From a virus: a stretch of DNA of 64,000 bases. The position numbers were made by a program, and so were the translations under genes. The stretch is taken from positions 27,974-91,973 of the IMG/VR virus record IMGVR_UViG_3300027730_000009; one strand, given 5' to 3'. Positions 49,160-60,800 of the stretch are shown here, piece by piece (position 1 is the first letter of the stretch; each line of letters begins with the position of its first letter). The notes under the pieces are model-generated. The model made no database searches. It was not told where the DNA came from and worked only from the letters and a program-made list of their open reading frames with translations.

Positions 49160-51367
49160 TTAGAAATCTAACTTTACTACAAACTGCTGTATACCTTGTC
49201 GTTTCACAGGAGATTGTAACTTAGAGATAACCATAAGGTCTTTGTCACTATTGTAAAGTCCAATTTCAGTAATGAATGGTGATGTACCTTGAATAAAGGT
49301 TGGGTTTGATGTTGTAGTAAACTGATTATTTCCCAAGTTCACAAGGTACTTCATCTCATAAATGGTTGCCATAATGTCAGTCTCAAGGTTACCATAAAAA
49401 AAGTACTCATCACCAAAGTTTAAAACATTTGGTTCCGCCAAAGTTGGTAAGTCAATATAGTTAGCCAAATTGTAGGTCGTAGCACCTGTGTAATTTTCTT
49501 TGGTTATTTGGAAAACTTGAGAGGCAATCCCTGAACCAACAATAAATCCGCCACCAACAGTAGTACCTGTTAATTGATTTGTAACATCAATTTCTCTCCA
49601 TTGCGTTGGAGAAGGTCGAGTGTCACCTGAAACTAACTGACAAAGAATTTTCATACTCGTTGCAGTATAACCCGATGTGGTACCTGATGTTAAAAATGGA
49701 AACTCATTACCAAATCTAATGGCAACATTTTGAGTAACACTTGTACAACCTGAAGAGGGTCCGTTAATAACAGAGTAGTAATTACAATGAAGAGATTCAG
49801 TAAATCCTGTATTATCAAATCGATAACTGACCCACATTCTTTCAATTTCATTGTTCATTATACCCACAGAATCTACACTATCTGAAAAACAAGAATTAGG
49901 TGTTAGAAGACTAAGCTGAGGTGCCGACAAGGTCCAATTTCTATTTGCTTTGTAAGACATCGCAGCACAGATTTCTTCATCATCAAAAATTACAATTTCT
50001 TGGTCAGGGAAAACTTTACCGACTCTATTTAAATTATTATTTGAATCAGGGTTCGTATCATACAAATGATAATATCTAATACCAGGGTCATTCATCTCTG
50101 AATTCACTTTTGACAGAATGTAAAAAGGAGTACACAAATCATAACCCGGTGGGTCTATGTAAAAAGTTTCACCGATGGTATTTCCTGTGGATTTATGCCA
50201 CATAAGTGTCGGAAGAGATATTTTGAAATTTCTTGCAAGACCCGTTTGGTTTGTTGGGTTTTGTGGGTCAAAAGGAAGAGTTGCAAATTTTTCACCATAG
50301 ACATTATCAATAGATTGATTTGTATAATGAACAATTGAAATACACTTTTGGTCTTGGGGTTGAACCACAATCTTTTCATCAAATGAGTTATAATAGAATA
50401 CCTCACTTGTATCTGTTTGACCACTTGGTTCTTGGTACCCTAAGTATTCTTTGGTTCCGATGTAGGTTACAGACCCGTATTTTGTGTAATCTTCATAAAT
50501 GTTATTGAACAAACCTGCCGGACTTTCACTCCAAGGAATATTCATATTCCAAATGGGAGTGTTTTCACGATTCGAAATGTCACAAGGACTTTCAAAATTT
50601 ATAGTATCATCTTGCCAATAAGGTGCAGGGGTGATAGTATCGTAAAGTTGTGTCATCCCTGAGGGATAGACATAAACGGACCCCAAATTTCCTATCGATA
50701 GACCACTAAAATTAGGGACTGGTCGGTCTAAAGTTAAATTCCATGTTGTCTGTCCTGTAGTTCCTGTTGCAGGGTCTAACGATTGAATCTGATATGTTAA
50801 AACAGGACTAGTTAGGAAATAGTTATTACTTCCAAGTTTGTCCATATAGATGGTAACCAAATCTCCAATTTGAGGGGTACCTGTTGTAGGAATTGGAGAT
50901 GCTCCATCAAAAATCAAAGTTACAGGAGAACTTTGACCTGATAAGGTATTCATTTCAACATAATAATTCGATGTGACTGTGTAGGCTGAAGATGTTTGAA
51001 CTGAAAAAGGATATGTTCCACCACTGGTAAAAAATCCGAAAGGTGACTGAGAGTTGTAAATGGGTTGTACTTGAGCATCCATAAATGGAATTCCGTAAGT
51101 ATTACCAGTGGTGCCCTCAACATAGAATGGGTATTTTACATTTTGTTTGTTTGACTCTGGACTTCCAGTATCATTTTGGGCGTTGAACGCCGGCATTAAA
51201 ATATTGTTTCTCGGTTGAGAATAATTGGGAACTGCAGTGTAATTTACCTCACTATCACCAAGTGAAAAATATGAAATACTAAAATTTCCTTGAGACATGT
51301 ACCTTCTACCAACATCCGTAAGACGGGTGTTAATTAAAGCCGAAGTATTTTTTATAATGTAACTCAT
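49160..51367 (-). CDS. Virion structural protein (baseplate/tail collar-like)
   Basis: LTDVGR..FSLGDSE N terminus; ITEIGLYN..ISKL..PV C terminus. Confidence 0.6.
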   Translation of the reverse strand: MSYIIKNTSALINTRLTDVGRRYMSQGNFSISYFSLGDSEVNYTAVPNYSQPRNNILMPAFNAQNDTGSPESNKQNVKYPFYVEGTTGNTYGIPFMDAQVQPIYNSQSPFGFFTSGGTYPFSVQTSSAYTVTSNYYVEMNTLSGQSSPVTLIFDGASPIPTTGTPQIGDLVTIYMDKLGSNNYFLTSPVLTYQIQSLDPATGTTGQTTWNLTLDRPVPNFSGLSIGNLGSVYVYPSGMTQLYDTITPAPYWQDDTINFESPCDISNRENTPIWNMNIPWSESPAGLFNNIYEDYTKYGSVTYIGTKEYLGYQEPSGQTDTSEVFYYNSFDEKIVVQPQDQKCISIVHYTNQSIDNVYGEKFATLPFDPQNPTNQTGLARNFKISLPTLMWHKSTGNTIGETFYIDPPGYDLCTPFYILSKVNSEMNDPGIRYYHLYDTNPDSNNNLNRVGKVFPDQEIVIFDDEEICAAMSYKANRNWTLSAPQLSLLTPNSCFSDSVDSVGIMNNEIERMWVSYRFDNTGFTESLHCNYYSVINGPSSGCTSVTQNVAIRFGNEFPFLTSGTTSGYTATSMKILCQLVSGDTRPSPTQWREIDVTNQLTGTTVGGGFIVGSGIASQVFQITKENYTGATTYNLANYIDLPTLAEPNVLNFGDEYFFYGNLETDIMATIYEMKYLVNLGNNQFTTTSNPTFIQGTSPFITEIGLYNSDKDLMVISKLQSPVKRQGIQQFVVKLDF

Positions 51368-51393
51368 TTATATTAAATATTTTGTTGCAGGTT

Positions 51394-53085
51394 TTATACC
51401 CCCACTGCATGGGAGAAGGTTGCAGTTCCTTGGTTAAATGACGCGGTACAACAGTTACATCCACTTATATTAACATTCGTTAGAGAAACGGTAATATTTT
51501 GTGTTAATAATGTTGAACATCCGTTTATGTTTGCCGGGTTATCCAAACTAATTTGTGATATACTTGTTCCACTTATTATATCACCACTTGTCATTGTAAG
51601 TGGGAATATTTCGGTGAAGTCCGTTTCTGTTTGAGTCTGTGGTGAACAGAATGGTCGTGGTTGTAGTGAAGTCGTTGTTGTTGCAGTGGTAAATTGCGCT
51701 ACCCCGTTTTTCTTAACAACAGTTGCGTAATCTATAATACCATTACCTGGTCTTTGTTCGAGTTGGTCAATAAGAATATTAAGGTTATACGACATTGTAA
51801 CTCCCGCAGGAAGTGCCGGTGATACCACCACTTGCCATTGTTGTTGTTTGGTAATTGATGCTGTATTTAAACTCAAAACTTGTAATCCAACAGAGTAGTT
51901 AATTATTGTACCCGCATTCGGTACGATAACTTGTTGGGTATAGGTGTTTCCTGAAGAATCAAGGAGCGTTATTGGGTAACTGCCACCACAGATACTACTG
52001 AAGATATTACCATTTTGATAACTGGAACCATTATCAATTGAATATTGATAGGGTGGTACCCCACCGAATGGTGTGACAATCACCGAACCATTACATACAC
52101 CCTCACAATTTGCCGGTGCAATTTGAGTGTTAAAGAATAAACTATTGAATGGTTGGCAAACCCCTTGGTTGACATTAACTGTAGCGGTGTAAGTACCTGC
52201 AATAGATATCCATCCACTTGTTGGTATAATTGATGTGGTATTACTTCCCAGGATTGCACCTTGGTATGTGTATCCTGTTATTCTCCATCCTTGAATTGGT
52301 GACCATTGAACATAATATCCATTTGTTGCGTCAAACCATCTTGGATATCCATTTAAGTATCCATTGAAGGTAAACTCAAGTTGTTGTGTTGTTCCATCAC
52401 TCCAAATAATATTGAAACAAAGTCCTGAGAAACTTGGTGTTGCCGACGGGGTGACTGTCGGAGTGGCAGTATTGGTTGGTGTTGGTGAGGGAGCAATAAG
52501 TTCACAATTGGTAATTGCCGTGTAATCACCCCAATAATCAACTACGGTGACATTGTAAAATCCACCACCCAAATTAAACAAGTAAGGAGTTTTCTGCCCA
52601 CCCTCCCAACTAATATTATATGGTGAGGTTCCACCAGTGATTCTTAAAAATAACTTACCATCTAAACTATCAGGACCCGTTGGGTTAATCCCCGAACATT
52701 CCACACCCAATGGAAACAAAGTAATAACATCACAATCATTTTTGGTTGTAAATACAGCCTCCCTTGATGGAGTTGGAGTAACTGTTGGTGTATGTGTTGA
52801 AGTTGGCGATATTGTTGGGGTTGGGGTGTTTGATGCTGTATTTGTCGGTGTAACAGTCGGGGTAGGAGTTGTAGTTGGTGTGGGACAAACAGTAGATGCC
52901 GGGACATTCAATATGTTAACCCCCGCATAGGGTAAAGCGTAATTTAAACTTACAAGTTCTTCTAAACCATATCCTTCTTGGAAATTACCACAACAATCGG
53001 TGTAGTAGTAATTACCAGTGGTAACACCTGAACCACACAGAATCGGTGTGGGAGAAGGGGTAGTTGTTGGTGTTGGTGTACTCAT
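51394..53085 (-). CDS. Pro/Thr-rich virion protein with SprB-like repeats
   Basis: TPTPT linkers; GGTSPYNISW..G.Y.VTVVD and GGVPPYQYSID..G.Y.ITL.D. Confidence 0.65.
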   Translation of the reverse strand: MSTPTPTTTPSPTPILCGSGVTTGNYYYTDCCGNFQEGYGLEELVSLNYALPYAGVNILNVPASTVCPTPTTTPTPTVTPTNTASNTPTPTISPTSTHTPTVTPTPSREAVFTTKNDCDVITLFPLGVECSGINPTGPDSLDGKLFLRITGGTSPYNISWEGGQKTPYLFNLGGGFYNVTVVDYWGDYTAITNCELIAPSPTPTNTATPTVTPSATPSFSGLCFNIIWSDGTTQQLEFTFNGYLNGYPRWFDATNGYYVQWSPIQGWRITGYTYQGAILGSNTTSIIPTSGWISIAGTYTATVNVNQGVCQPFNSLFFNTQIAPANCEGVCNGSVIVTPFGGVPPYQYSIDNGSSYQNGNIFSSICGGSYPITLLDSSGNTYTQQVIVPNAGTIINYSVGLQVLSLNTASITKQQQWQVVVSPALPAGVTMSYNLNILIDQLEQRPGNGIIDYATVVKKNGVAQFTTATTTTSLQPRPFCSPQTQTETDFTEIFPLTMTSGDIISGTSISQISLDNPANINGCSTLLTQNITVSLTNVNISGCNCCTASFNQGTATFSHAVGV

Positions 53086-53086
53086 A

Positions 53087-53731
53087 TTAGCAAGCAACAA
53101 AATCAGTTATGTACCCAGACGAATCTATCTGTACCGCGTAGTTCACACCATTGAAGACCATCAACCTCCATTGGTTGTTTTGGTTTACAGGAGAAAACAA
53201 TCCTCCCCCAAAAGTAAGTTGATAGACTGTTGCCCCCAAAACAGGGATTGTTGGTGTTTCACTATAGGAAGTATAGTATGGTGTGGCTAAAAGGGTATCC
53301 AAACAAGCCGAAGCCGAGGAAGCATAAAGGAACCTTCCAATCAAATGAGCGTAAACCAAACTTGTAGGGGTCGGAGACGGAGTCTGAGTTTGTGTTTGAG
53401 TAGGGGTAGCACCAGGTGTTCTTGTCGGAGTAATTGAAGGTGTTTGGGTAACTGTTCCCGTCGGAGTATTCGATGGAGTCTGAGTGGGAGATGCCGTTAA
53501 TGTCAATGTCGGAGTGGGTGTCACCAAAATTGGTACAATATCCTCACAAGATGCCGTGTCAATAATCTTAATCGTAAAATCTGACGTAGCATAAGTGTCA
53601 TCAACCTCAAACTGATAAGGAAATACAGCAACAGTTGCAACATAAGTACAACCCGACCCCACACTGTCACAGACAAATATCTGAACTGGGGTGTTACCTG
53701 TTACGGATTGTATTTGAACATTGATTGGCAT
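53087..53731 (-). CDS. Pro/Thr-rich virion protein
   Basis: Start MPINVQ; N-domain paralogous to the upstream 73-aa gene. Confidence 0.6.
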   Translation of the reverse strand: MPINVQIQSVTGNTPVQIFVCDSVGSGCTYVATVAVFPYQFEVDDTYATSDFTIKIIDTASCEDIVPILVTPTPTLTLTASPTQTPSNTPTGTVTQTPSITPTRTPGATPTQTQTQTPSPTPTSLVYAHLIGRFLYASSASACLDTLLATPYYTSYSETPTIPVLGATVYQLTFGGGLFSPVNQNNQWRLMVFNGVNYAVQIDSSGYITDFVAC

Positions 53732-53952
53732 TATACTGTCGTGGCACCTGATATTACACAACCGAAGTTGTCGATTATTTTCAATAAATAACTCTCTGAG
53801 CTATTATATGGGGCAGGGATATCAAATTCATAGGGTATATCTCCATCGGTAATCTCAGAAATAAAGAAACAACCTGTGTTTCCTGTCTGACAGATATAAA
53901 CCTGATATGGTGTTGAACCCGTGATATCATTTATGTATACTCTAACTGCCAT
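53731..53952 (-). CDS. Small Cys-containing beta protein
   Basis: ITG.TPYQVYIC....GC..PY.F..KIID..GC. Confidence 0.6.
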   Translation of the reverse strand: MAVRVYINDITGSTPYQVYICQTGNTGCFFISEITDGDIPYEFDIPAPYNSSESYLLKIIDNFGCVISGATTV

Positions 53953-56699
53953 TATTCACATTCTGTTATTGAAGAGGGGGTTATGGATTGAATTCCTGTG
54001 ATTGTTTTGGTAACGGTTTCTGGTAATGTTGTCGCAGGGCAACTCTCACAAGTGGTAGAATCAAATATAGTTTGTCCTTGAACAAGTCCTTGAGGAACTG
54101 TCACGGTTAAGGTTTCATTTTGAGTTCCGAGACAATCATTTCTTTGGACATCGAATGTTACAACCACATTGTTGGTTGCCGCTACAAGGGCGTTAGTTAC
54201 GGAATTTCTAAGTTGAACAATCACTCGGCTTTGTTCTCTTGTATATCCACCACAAGAATCAGGAAGATTCTGTGTCCATGGAAGGATGTCGTAAGTTATA
54301 CATAATGACACTGGTTCACCACCACCTTGAGGAGTTAATCCTTGGTCAATCGGTGCTGTCTGACATGTTAAACAGTTTGAGTAAACCGTTGGAATGAAGT
54401 TAAAGTAATTACCTGAGAAATTAACCAATATGGTGATAAACTCAGGAGAGTAACTTGTGAAACTACCAAGGTATGACCAACAGTTCCCTGCGTTGTCCTT
54501 GAAAGACTGACCGATATTAATTCCAAATCCTACAGGACTTGTCTGAACTATTGTTGTTTGATTACCACCTTGTGGATTCAAATTACAACTTACAAACACA
54601 TAAACCAATTCTAATGTTGTTGTAGAGGGGGTTGGAGTCACCGTTGGAGTTTGTGTTGGGGAAGGAGTAATGGTCGGAGTGTTAGATGGTGTTGGAGTAG
54701 CAATCTGATTACATGTCTCACAGTTTCCATAAATACCGATTATAGAATCGATTGTACTATTTGAAGATAGGTTATCGTCGTTTCTATCGTATATTAAACA
54801 GAACAAGGCCCCACCGATATAAGCGGCAAACGATACTCCGATATTAATAGGTGTACCACTAAACTCCAAGTCATCGGTTGTATAAAACTCTAAATTACTA
54901 TTACAATCGACCAATACTTTTGTGGTAGGACAACTAAACTCCTCTTGGAAGAAGGTATATGTAATTTGACCTTCTACGGGAACTGTCTTTGTCGGAGTTA
55001 ATGACACTGTCGGCGATGGTGTTGGAGTAATGGGAGTATAACCACTCATAGCAAAATCCAACCCAACAATACACGCATTGGGTGGAGTAGTTGGTGTTGG
55101 TGTAATTGGAAATGCGGTCACAAACATGTCTACCAATTCACATGGAATCGATGGTGTGGGTGTTACAAATGGTTCGAAATCACAATCGAAAAAAGCTGTA
55201 AAATCTAAGATATTACAATTAATAGGTGATGGCGTAGGTGTTGGACATGGACCCGTAGTAAATAAGTTTGCCGAAATATCAGGACATGAAGAATAACATG
55301 GGTTATTACCCTCGAGTAGACAAACACCACCCAAAGAATCACTCAAACACCAATAAGAACCAGTGTAATAGATGTAGGCAATCGGAGTTGTATCACCCGT
55401 GTAATAAGTTCTTGAGTTATATGTACCACCTGAAGTGTAGTTTCCACTATAACCTGACAAAGACGGTAAAATGGTACTTAGACAGAAAACCGAAGAATCA
55501 CAAGCACTTGGTGTTGTAGAGGGACTTGGAGTAACTGTCGGTGTAACATTTGGCGTTGGGGTTGGAGTTGGGGTAACAGAACAGAATGAACAATCAAAAA
55601 AATCGGGTTGACCTAAATTCGGTCCACCAGGTCCCGAAAACTCAACAAATTCATAACACTCATCATTATAGAGGTATGCCGCACCCACAAATGCCACGTC
55701 TTGTTGTACTATAGCATAAAATACTGTTCCATCAGAACATTTTGTCAGAAGTGCATTTGTTAGAGTCGCACTTCCCGTTTCACTTGGAGTTGGGGTATTG
55801 GTTGGGGTAAAGGAAGGTGTTGGTGTGTTCGTTGTTGTTGGTGTCTGAGTTGGTGTTGGACAAGGTGAGAACCCTTGACATACCACACAATCACCCCCTG
55901 AGTTTGTGAAAACAACACCCGAACCTGTGTATAGTGGTCCCGTCGCAGAAAATGGTAAAACTGTGGCACATCCGTTGAAATCAACTGAACTTGATATAAT
56001 ATATGTCACACCCTCAGATAGTATTCCCGAAACATTTTCAAATCTGAACACAGAACTGTCACAACAACTACTAAACAAATAAACATCATAAGGCTCCGTT
56101 GGTGTTGGTGTTGTAGTATTTGTCGGTGTTGGCGTTGGTGTTGCCGGACACGCTGCTGATGGGTTGAATGCAATACAATCTCCACATTCCAAATATGTAC
56201 CATTTATTGTATCTGTGGCTATGTTCCAGGAATATGTGGAGTATGGTCCAGGAAGTGAAGCTTCTGCTGTTGTACATCCTGTAAACGAAAGTGAAGGTAT
56301 TTCTAAATAATAGCTGTTCCCAGGTCCAACAAACAAATCAGTATTTGAGGTGACCTCCAACTCCAATACTGGGCTACAACAACCAGAAAAATAATAAGTA
56401 AAACTGGCTGGAGTTGGTGTTGGAGTTGCTGTTGGTGTAGGTGTTAAATCTCCACAAGTTTCTTGAGATGTGATTAAACCAGCCCCACCAGTTACAACAA
56501 AAACAGTAATTGGGTCAACATTATAATTAATATACCAACCATTAGATACTGGAGTTGTGCATGCAGCGTCTAAGTACAAACTTTGTCCAACTGCCGGAAG
56601 GGTACTAGGACTCACATAAAAATTATCAATGCCAGGTGAAGTACATGCAGCATTTTTGCTGACAGTACTCCATCTCATTTGATTAACTATTGTGCACAT
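53952..56699 (-). CDS. Large Cys-rich, Pro/Thr-linker modular virion protein
   Basis: Repeated modules starting Y.F..C and ending CxxC, separated by TPTP linkers. Confidence 0.65.
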   Translation of the reverse strand: MCTIVNQMRWSTVSKNAACTSPGIDNFYVSPSTLPAVGQSLYLDAACTTPVSNGWYINYNVDPITVFVVTGGAGLITSQETCGDLTPTPTATPTPTPASFTYYFSGCCSPVLELEVTSNTDLFVGPGNSYYLEIPSLSFTGCTTAEASLPGPYSTYSWNIATDTINGTYLECGDCIAFNPSAACPATPTPTPTNTTTPTPTEPYDVYLFSSCCDSSVFRFENVSGILSEGVTYIISSSVDFNGCATVLPFSATGPLYTGSGVVFTNSGGDCVVCQGFSPCPTPTQTPTTTNTPTPSFTPTNTPTPSETGSATLTNALLTKCSDGTVFYAIVQQDVAFVGAAYLYNDECYEFVEFSGPGGPNLGQPDFFDCSFCSVTPTPTPTPNVTPTVTPSPSTTPSACDSSVFCLSTILPSLSGYSGNYTSGGTYNSRTYYTGDTTPIAYIYYTGSYWCLSDSLGGVCLLEGNNPCYSSCPDISANLFTTGPCPTPTPSPINCNILDFTAFFDCDFEPFVTPTPSIPCELVDMFVTAFPITPTPTTPPNACIVGLDFAMSGYTPITPTPSPTVSLTPTKTVPVEGQITYTFFQEEFSCPTTKVLVDCNSNLEFYTTDDLEFSGTPINIGVSFAAYIGGALFCLIYDRNDDNLSSNSTIDSIIGIYGNCETCNQIATPTPSNTPTITPSPTQTPTVTPTPSTTTLELVYVFVSCNLNPQGGNQTTIVQTSPVGFGINIGQSFKDNAGNCWSYLGSFTSYSPEFITILVNFSGNYFNFIPTVYSNCLTCQTAPIDQGLTPQGGGEPVSLCITYDILPWTQNLPDSCGGYTREQSRVIVQLRNSVTNALVAATNNVVVTFDVQRNDCLGTQNETLTVTVPQGLVQGQTIFDSTTCESCPATTLPETVTKTITGIQSITPSSITECE

Positions 56700-56802
56700 T
56701 ATAAAATTTGACTACTGATAAATACCCTGCTGGTTTTTTTTCCTTATTGTATAATAAAATAACAATACGCTAATAATGAAAAATTTGAATATATTTATCG
56801 GT

Positions 56803-56970
56803 ATGAGGCTCTTAAAAACAATAGAAAAGATTATTCAAGAAGCTGAAGAACAGTACAACTCCAGTATCGATAAAGGTTTACCCCTTAACGAAGTAGACCG
56901 ATTAGAAGAAAACTACAGGAAGTCCTTAAAATTAATGGACATGCTGGAAACCAAGAAAAAGAAAAAATAA
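56803..56970 (+). CDS. Small late protein
   Basis: MRLLKTIEKIIQEAEE; TATTTAT at 56792-56798. Confidence 0.55.
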   Translation: MRLLKTIEKIIQEAEEQYNSSIDKGLPLNEVDRLEENYRKSLKLMDMLETKKKKK

Positions 56971-57013
56971 GTTTTACTTTGAAAAGTAATTGCTTATTTT
57001 TTCAGAAAAAAAA

Positions 57014-57802
57014 ATGCCTTACAGCCATTCATTTTTCAAACAAGATGTAAAAGTTTTTTTTGAAAAAACTTTATCCTTAGATTCCAAAATTTTGGACGTT
57101 GGACCTGGTTTGGGAACTTACTCCAACTTATTAAAACCTTTAGGGTTCAAACTGGATTGTTTGGAAATTTTTGCACCCTATATCTCAGAGTACGATTTAG
57201 TAAACAAGTACGAAAATGTTATAGAAGGTGATATTAGAGATTTTGACTTTTCAGACTATGATTTTATTATTATGGGCGATGTGTTGGAGCATTTAACAAT
57301 AGAGGACTCACAAAAAATTCTCAACAAAATAATAGAAAAAAACCAAGAGTGTTTGATTGCCGTACCTTATTTATGTGAGCAAGGTACTATGGAAGAAAAC
57401 GAATATGAAACTCATCTTCAACCAGAACTTACACCAGAGCTTGTAATTAAACAATACCCTCAACTAGACTTGCTTGTTAGAAATCAATACTATGGATATT
57501 ACATAAATCGAAGGGGTGATGGTAATTTGCGTTGGGATTTGGACAGACAAGAGTTTGTTAGTATCCCACAACAAAAAATATATTTAGATACAATTACTGA
57601 AGATGAGGTTTTTTTCACAAACCAAACAGATAACGAAGTTGAAGTTGACGTAATTGTTAGTAGTGATACTGGAACACATTACACCACAAAATTAAATTTA
57701 GTTCCTCACGTGAGATATTTTGTAAAAGTTCCCGGAAAGTTTTCAAATAAAAAAATTTCATTTGTATCTGAAAATATAAACAAACATTATTGGATGAATT
57801 AA
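57014..57802 (+). CDS. Class I SAM-dependent methyltransferase
   Basis: ILDVGPGLG, GDIRDF, YDFIIMGDVLEH. Confidence 0.85.
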   Translation: MPYSHSFFKQDVKVFFEKTLSLDSKILDVGPGLGTYSNLLKPLGFKLDCLEIFAPYISEYDLVNKYENVIEGDIRDFDFSDYDFIIMGDVLEHLTIEDSQKILNKIIEKNQECLIAVPYLCEQGTMEENEYETHLQPELTPELVIKQYPQLDLLVRNQYYGYYINRRGDGNLRWDLDRQEFVSIPQQKIYLDTITEDEVFFTNQTDNEVEVDVIVSSDTGTHYTTKLNLVPHVRYFVKVPGKFSNKKISFVSENINKHYWMN

Positions 57803-57803
57803 T

Positions 57804-60800
57804 ATGTCTTTTTATTTTAAGGGTATTAAAATTGCCGATTGTTGTTATGTTCTCAATCTACCAACCAGGATAGATAGAAAAAAAGTTGTTGATGAACTTT
57901 TATCATCATTGTTTTTTTCTGGTTACACTTTTTTTGATGGTCAAGTAATTGAAAATCCAGAATTAAAAAAATTTGGATGCACCTTTTCTCATTTACAGAT
58001 TTTTCAAGAATTTTTAAAAACCGATAAACAAACTATTGTCATATTGGAGGACGACATAAAATTATTCAATGGGGTCAACAATTATCATTTGGATAATGTA
58101 TTCAATAATTGGGAAGAAACGATTTCTAATTATGATGTAATTGCTTTGGGGACAAAACTTTTACCAAGAAGTGTAATAGAACCTGAAGGTGAAACGCATG
58201 GAAATTTCAAAGAATTACTTTGCGCACATGGATTTTTTTACCACCGGACTGTTGTAGAACATATTGTTGATAAGTTATCAAATTTCGATAAACCTGGACA
58301 CCCTTTATACAAGTGTGCGATTGATATGTTTTTAAATGACATTTCAAATGTAAGATATCGGTTCAGACATTTTCATGAACTTAAAAGTTTTAAATTTGGA
58401 ATTACAATTCCAATGATTTTTAATCAATCAGCCGGCTATTCAGATAATGAAGAAACTAACGAAAATTACGAAAATTTAATTGAGCAAGCATATTGGAATG
58501 CTTTACCCATCCCAAAAAATGAAGTTATGAAAGACGAAAAAAAACCAAGAGGTTTTGTATATTATTGCAACGAAAAATACATTCCAATTGTTGAGCAATC
58601 TATACGATTAATGAGGAAATATACATCATTACCCATATACGTTTACCTTGTTGACTGCAGTTATGATTTCAAACTACCCAATGTAAACACCATAATATGG
58701 TCAGTCGAATTAGAAAATTTCGATGATGAGATGTATACCAAAGAGGATGAGAATTTTTACATTCGAAGAGAAGACAAAAGGTTCTACAAGCTTTTAATTC
58801 AACGACCATTAATTGTAAAACATTGTTTAGAAAATTTTTTAGAAACCGCAGCTTATGTTGACACCGATTCAGTCCCTATGCCTTGGGTTGAAAACTTTTT
58901 CAATCATTTTCATTATGATTCAGAAGTCCCTTATTTTACAGAATGTTTTTACAGTTATCTATCCCTCAATGGTAGAGGAAGTGGTCCTGATAATGACTTT
59001 ACAAACACGCTAGAACACGAAACTTGTGAGCTATTAGGTGTTGACCAAAGTGTGAGAAAATGGTATCGTCAAACTGGCTATTTTATCGCAGGACAAAACT
59101 GTTTGGATTTCTTAGACGAATGGCATTGGTTTTGCACCCACCCAAAAATTTTGGAAAATCCTGAGCTTTATGCTCCCTTCCATGAAGAAACCATTATGAA
59201 CGTAATGATGTGGAAAAAAAAGGTTTTCAAAGGGCTTCATTTGGTTTACGTAAACGCTACGTCTGAAACCGTTGATAAGCTCTTTAATGAAATTACTTTC
59301 AATGGTGAAAATCAAATTTTGGGTCCATGGTTTGGAGTTCCCGGTGAATTAGAACACATCTACTTTTTACATGGTGAAAAAAGATTGGAAGTAATGAGTG
59401 AAATGTCAAAAAAAATAGACAACTACACAACCAAAACTAAACCAAGAATTCTTTTTCTAGCCCCCCATTTATCAACTGGAGGAATGCCAGGATTTTTACT
59501 TAAAAGGATTTTGACCCTTCAAGAATATAGAAACGAGTTTGATTTATATGTTGTTGAATACTCCAATTACAGTGATGAATATGTTGTTCAAAAAACTAGC
59601 ATAAAACACATCATTCCAAAATCCAATTATTTCACTTTGGGTTCAGACAAAATGGAGTTAATTGACATTATTAAGAGGAATAAAATTGATGTAGTTCACA
59701 TTGACGACAATATTGAATCTTTAGAAACTTTCAATCGGACCCCAACAGCATTGATGAATGCGTTGTATGCAAACGACAGGTCTTGGTTTATTGTAGAGAC
59801 TTGTCACAACGTTTCTTTCAAACCTGAATTATCTAAAACTTTTCATCCGGATGCTTATGCTTTTTGTAGCCCATGGCACAAAGCAGTTAGTTTTTCTACA
59901 ATGCCTTCATATTCCGAGGTTATCGAATTTCCCATCGATACTTTGTCAACACCAGATGAAATTAAAGAGGGGATTCAAACTGCACTTGGTTTAAATCCAG
60001 AAAAAATTCATATTGTAAATGTAGGTCTTTGGACACCAGGAAAGAATCAAAAAGAGGGTATTGAACTTGCAAGATTATTTGAATTTAGTAATCCCGAATA
60101 TGAGTTTCACTTTATTGGCAATCAGGCACCTAATTTCAAGGACTACTGGGAACCATTGATGATGAATTTACCAAGTAATGTTAAAGTTTGGGGTGAACGT
60201 AAAGACGCATCACTTTTTATTCAAGCTTCTGATGCATTCCTCTTTAATTCTACTTGGGAATGTAATCCTTTAGTTTTGCGTGAAGCCATATCTTTTGGTA
60301 AAAAAATTCTAGCAAGAAACCTTCCGGAATATATGGGAATGTTTGACGAGTATATCGTACCAATTAACAGCAACTTAGAGGAGCTTAAAACTAAGCTCGT
60401 TGACTTGGTAAAATCAGACATTTGTTATTTGGTTCCCGAGGGACAATCCAAGGATTTTGCAAATAAAAATGCTGATTTATATCATAAGGTAATTAATTCT
60501 CCAAAAATGGAGAATGAAAGAATGGTTACGGATGTAAAAATTATTCAACATTTTGTAAATCAACCATTCCTAGAAATCGTTGGTAACTCGGATTCGGATT
60601 TTAGAGTTGAATTTTATGATGAACAGGGTGTTTGCCATTATAACAACACGATTAAATCAAATCATTGGATACGACTTAATCGACAATACTACACCAAATG
60701 GACAACTAAAGTTTATAAAGACGACAAATTGATTCACAACAAAACTTTGGATTTAAAAAATAAGAGAGTCTTCATTTCTTTTGATAGCAAATCTTTAGGA

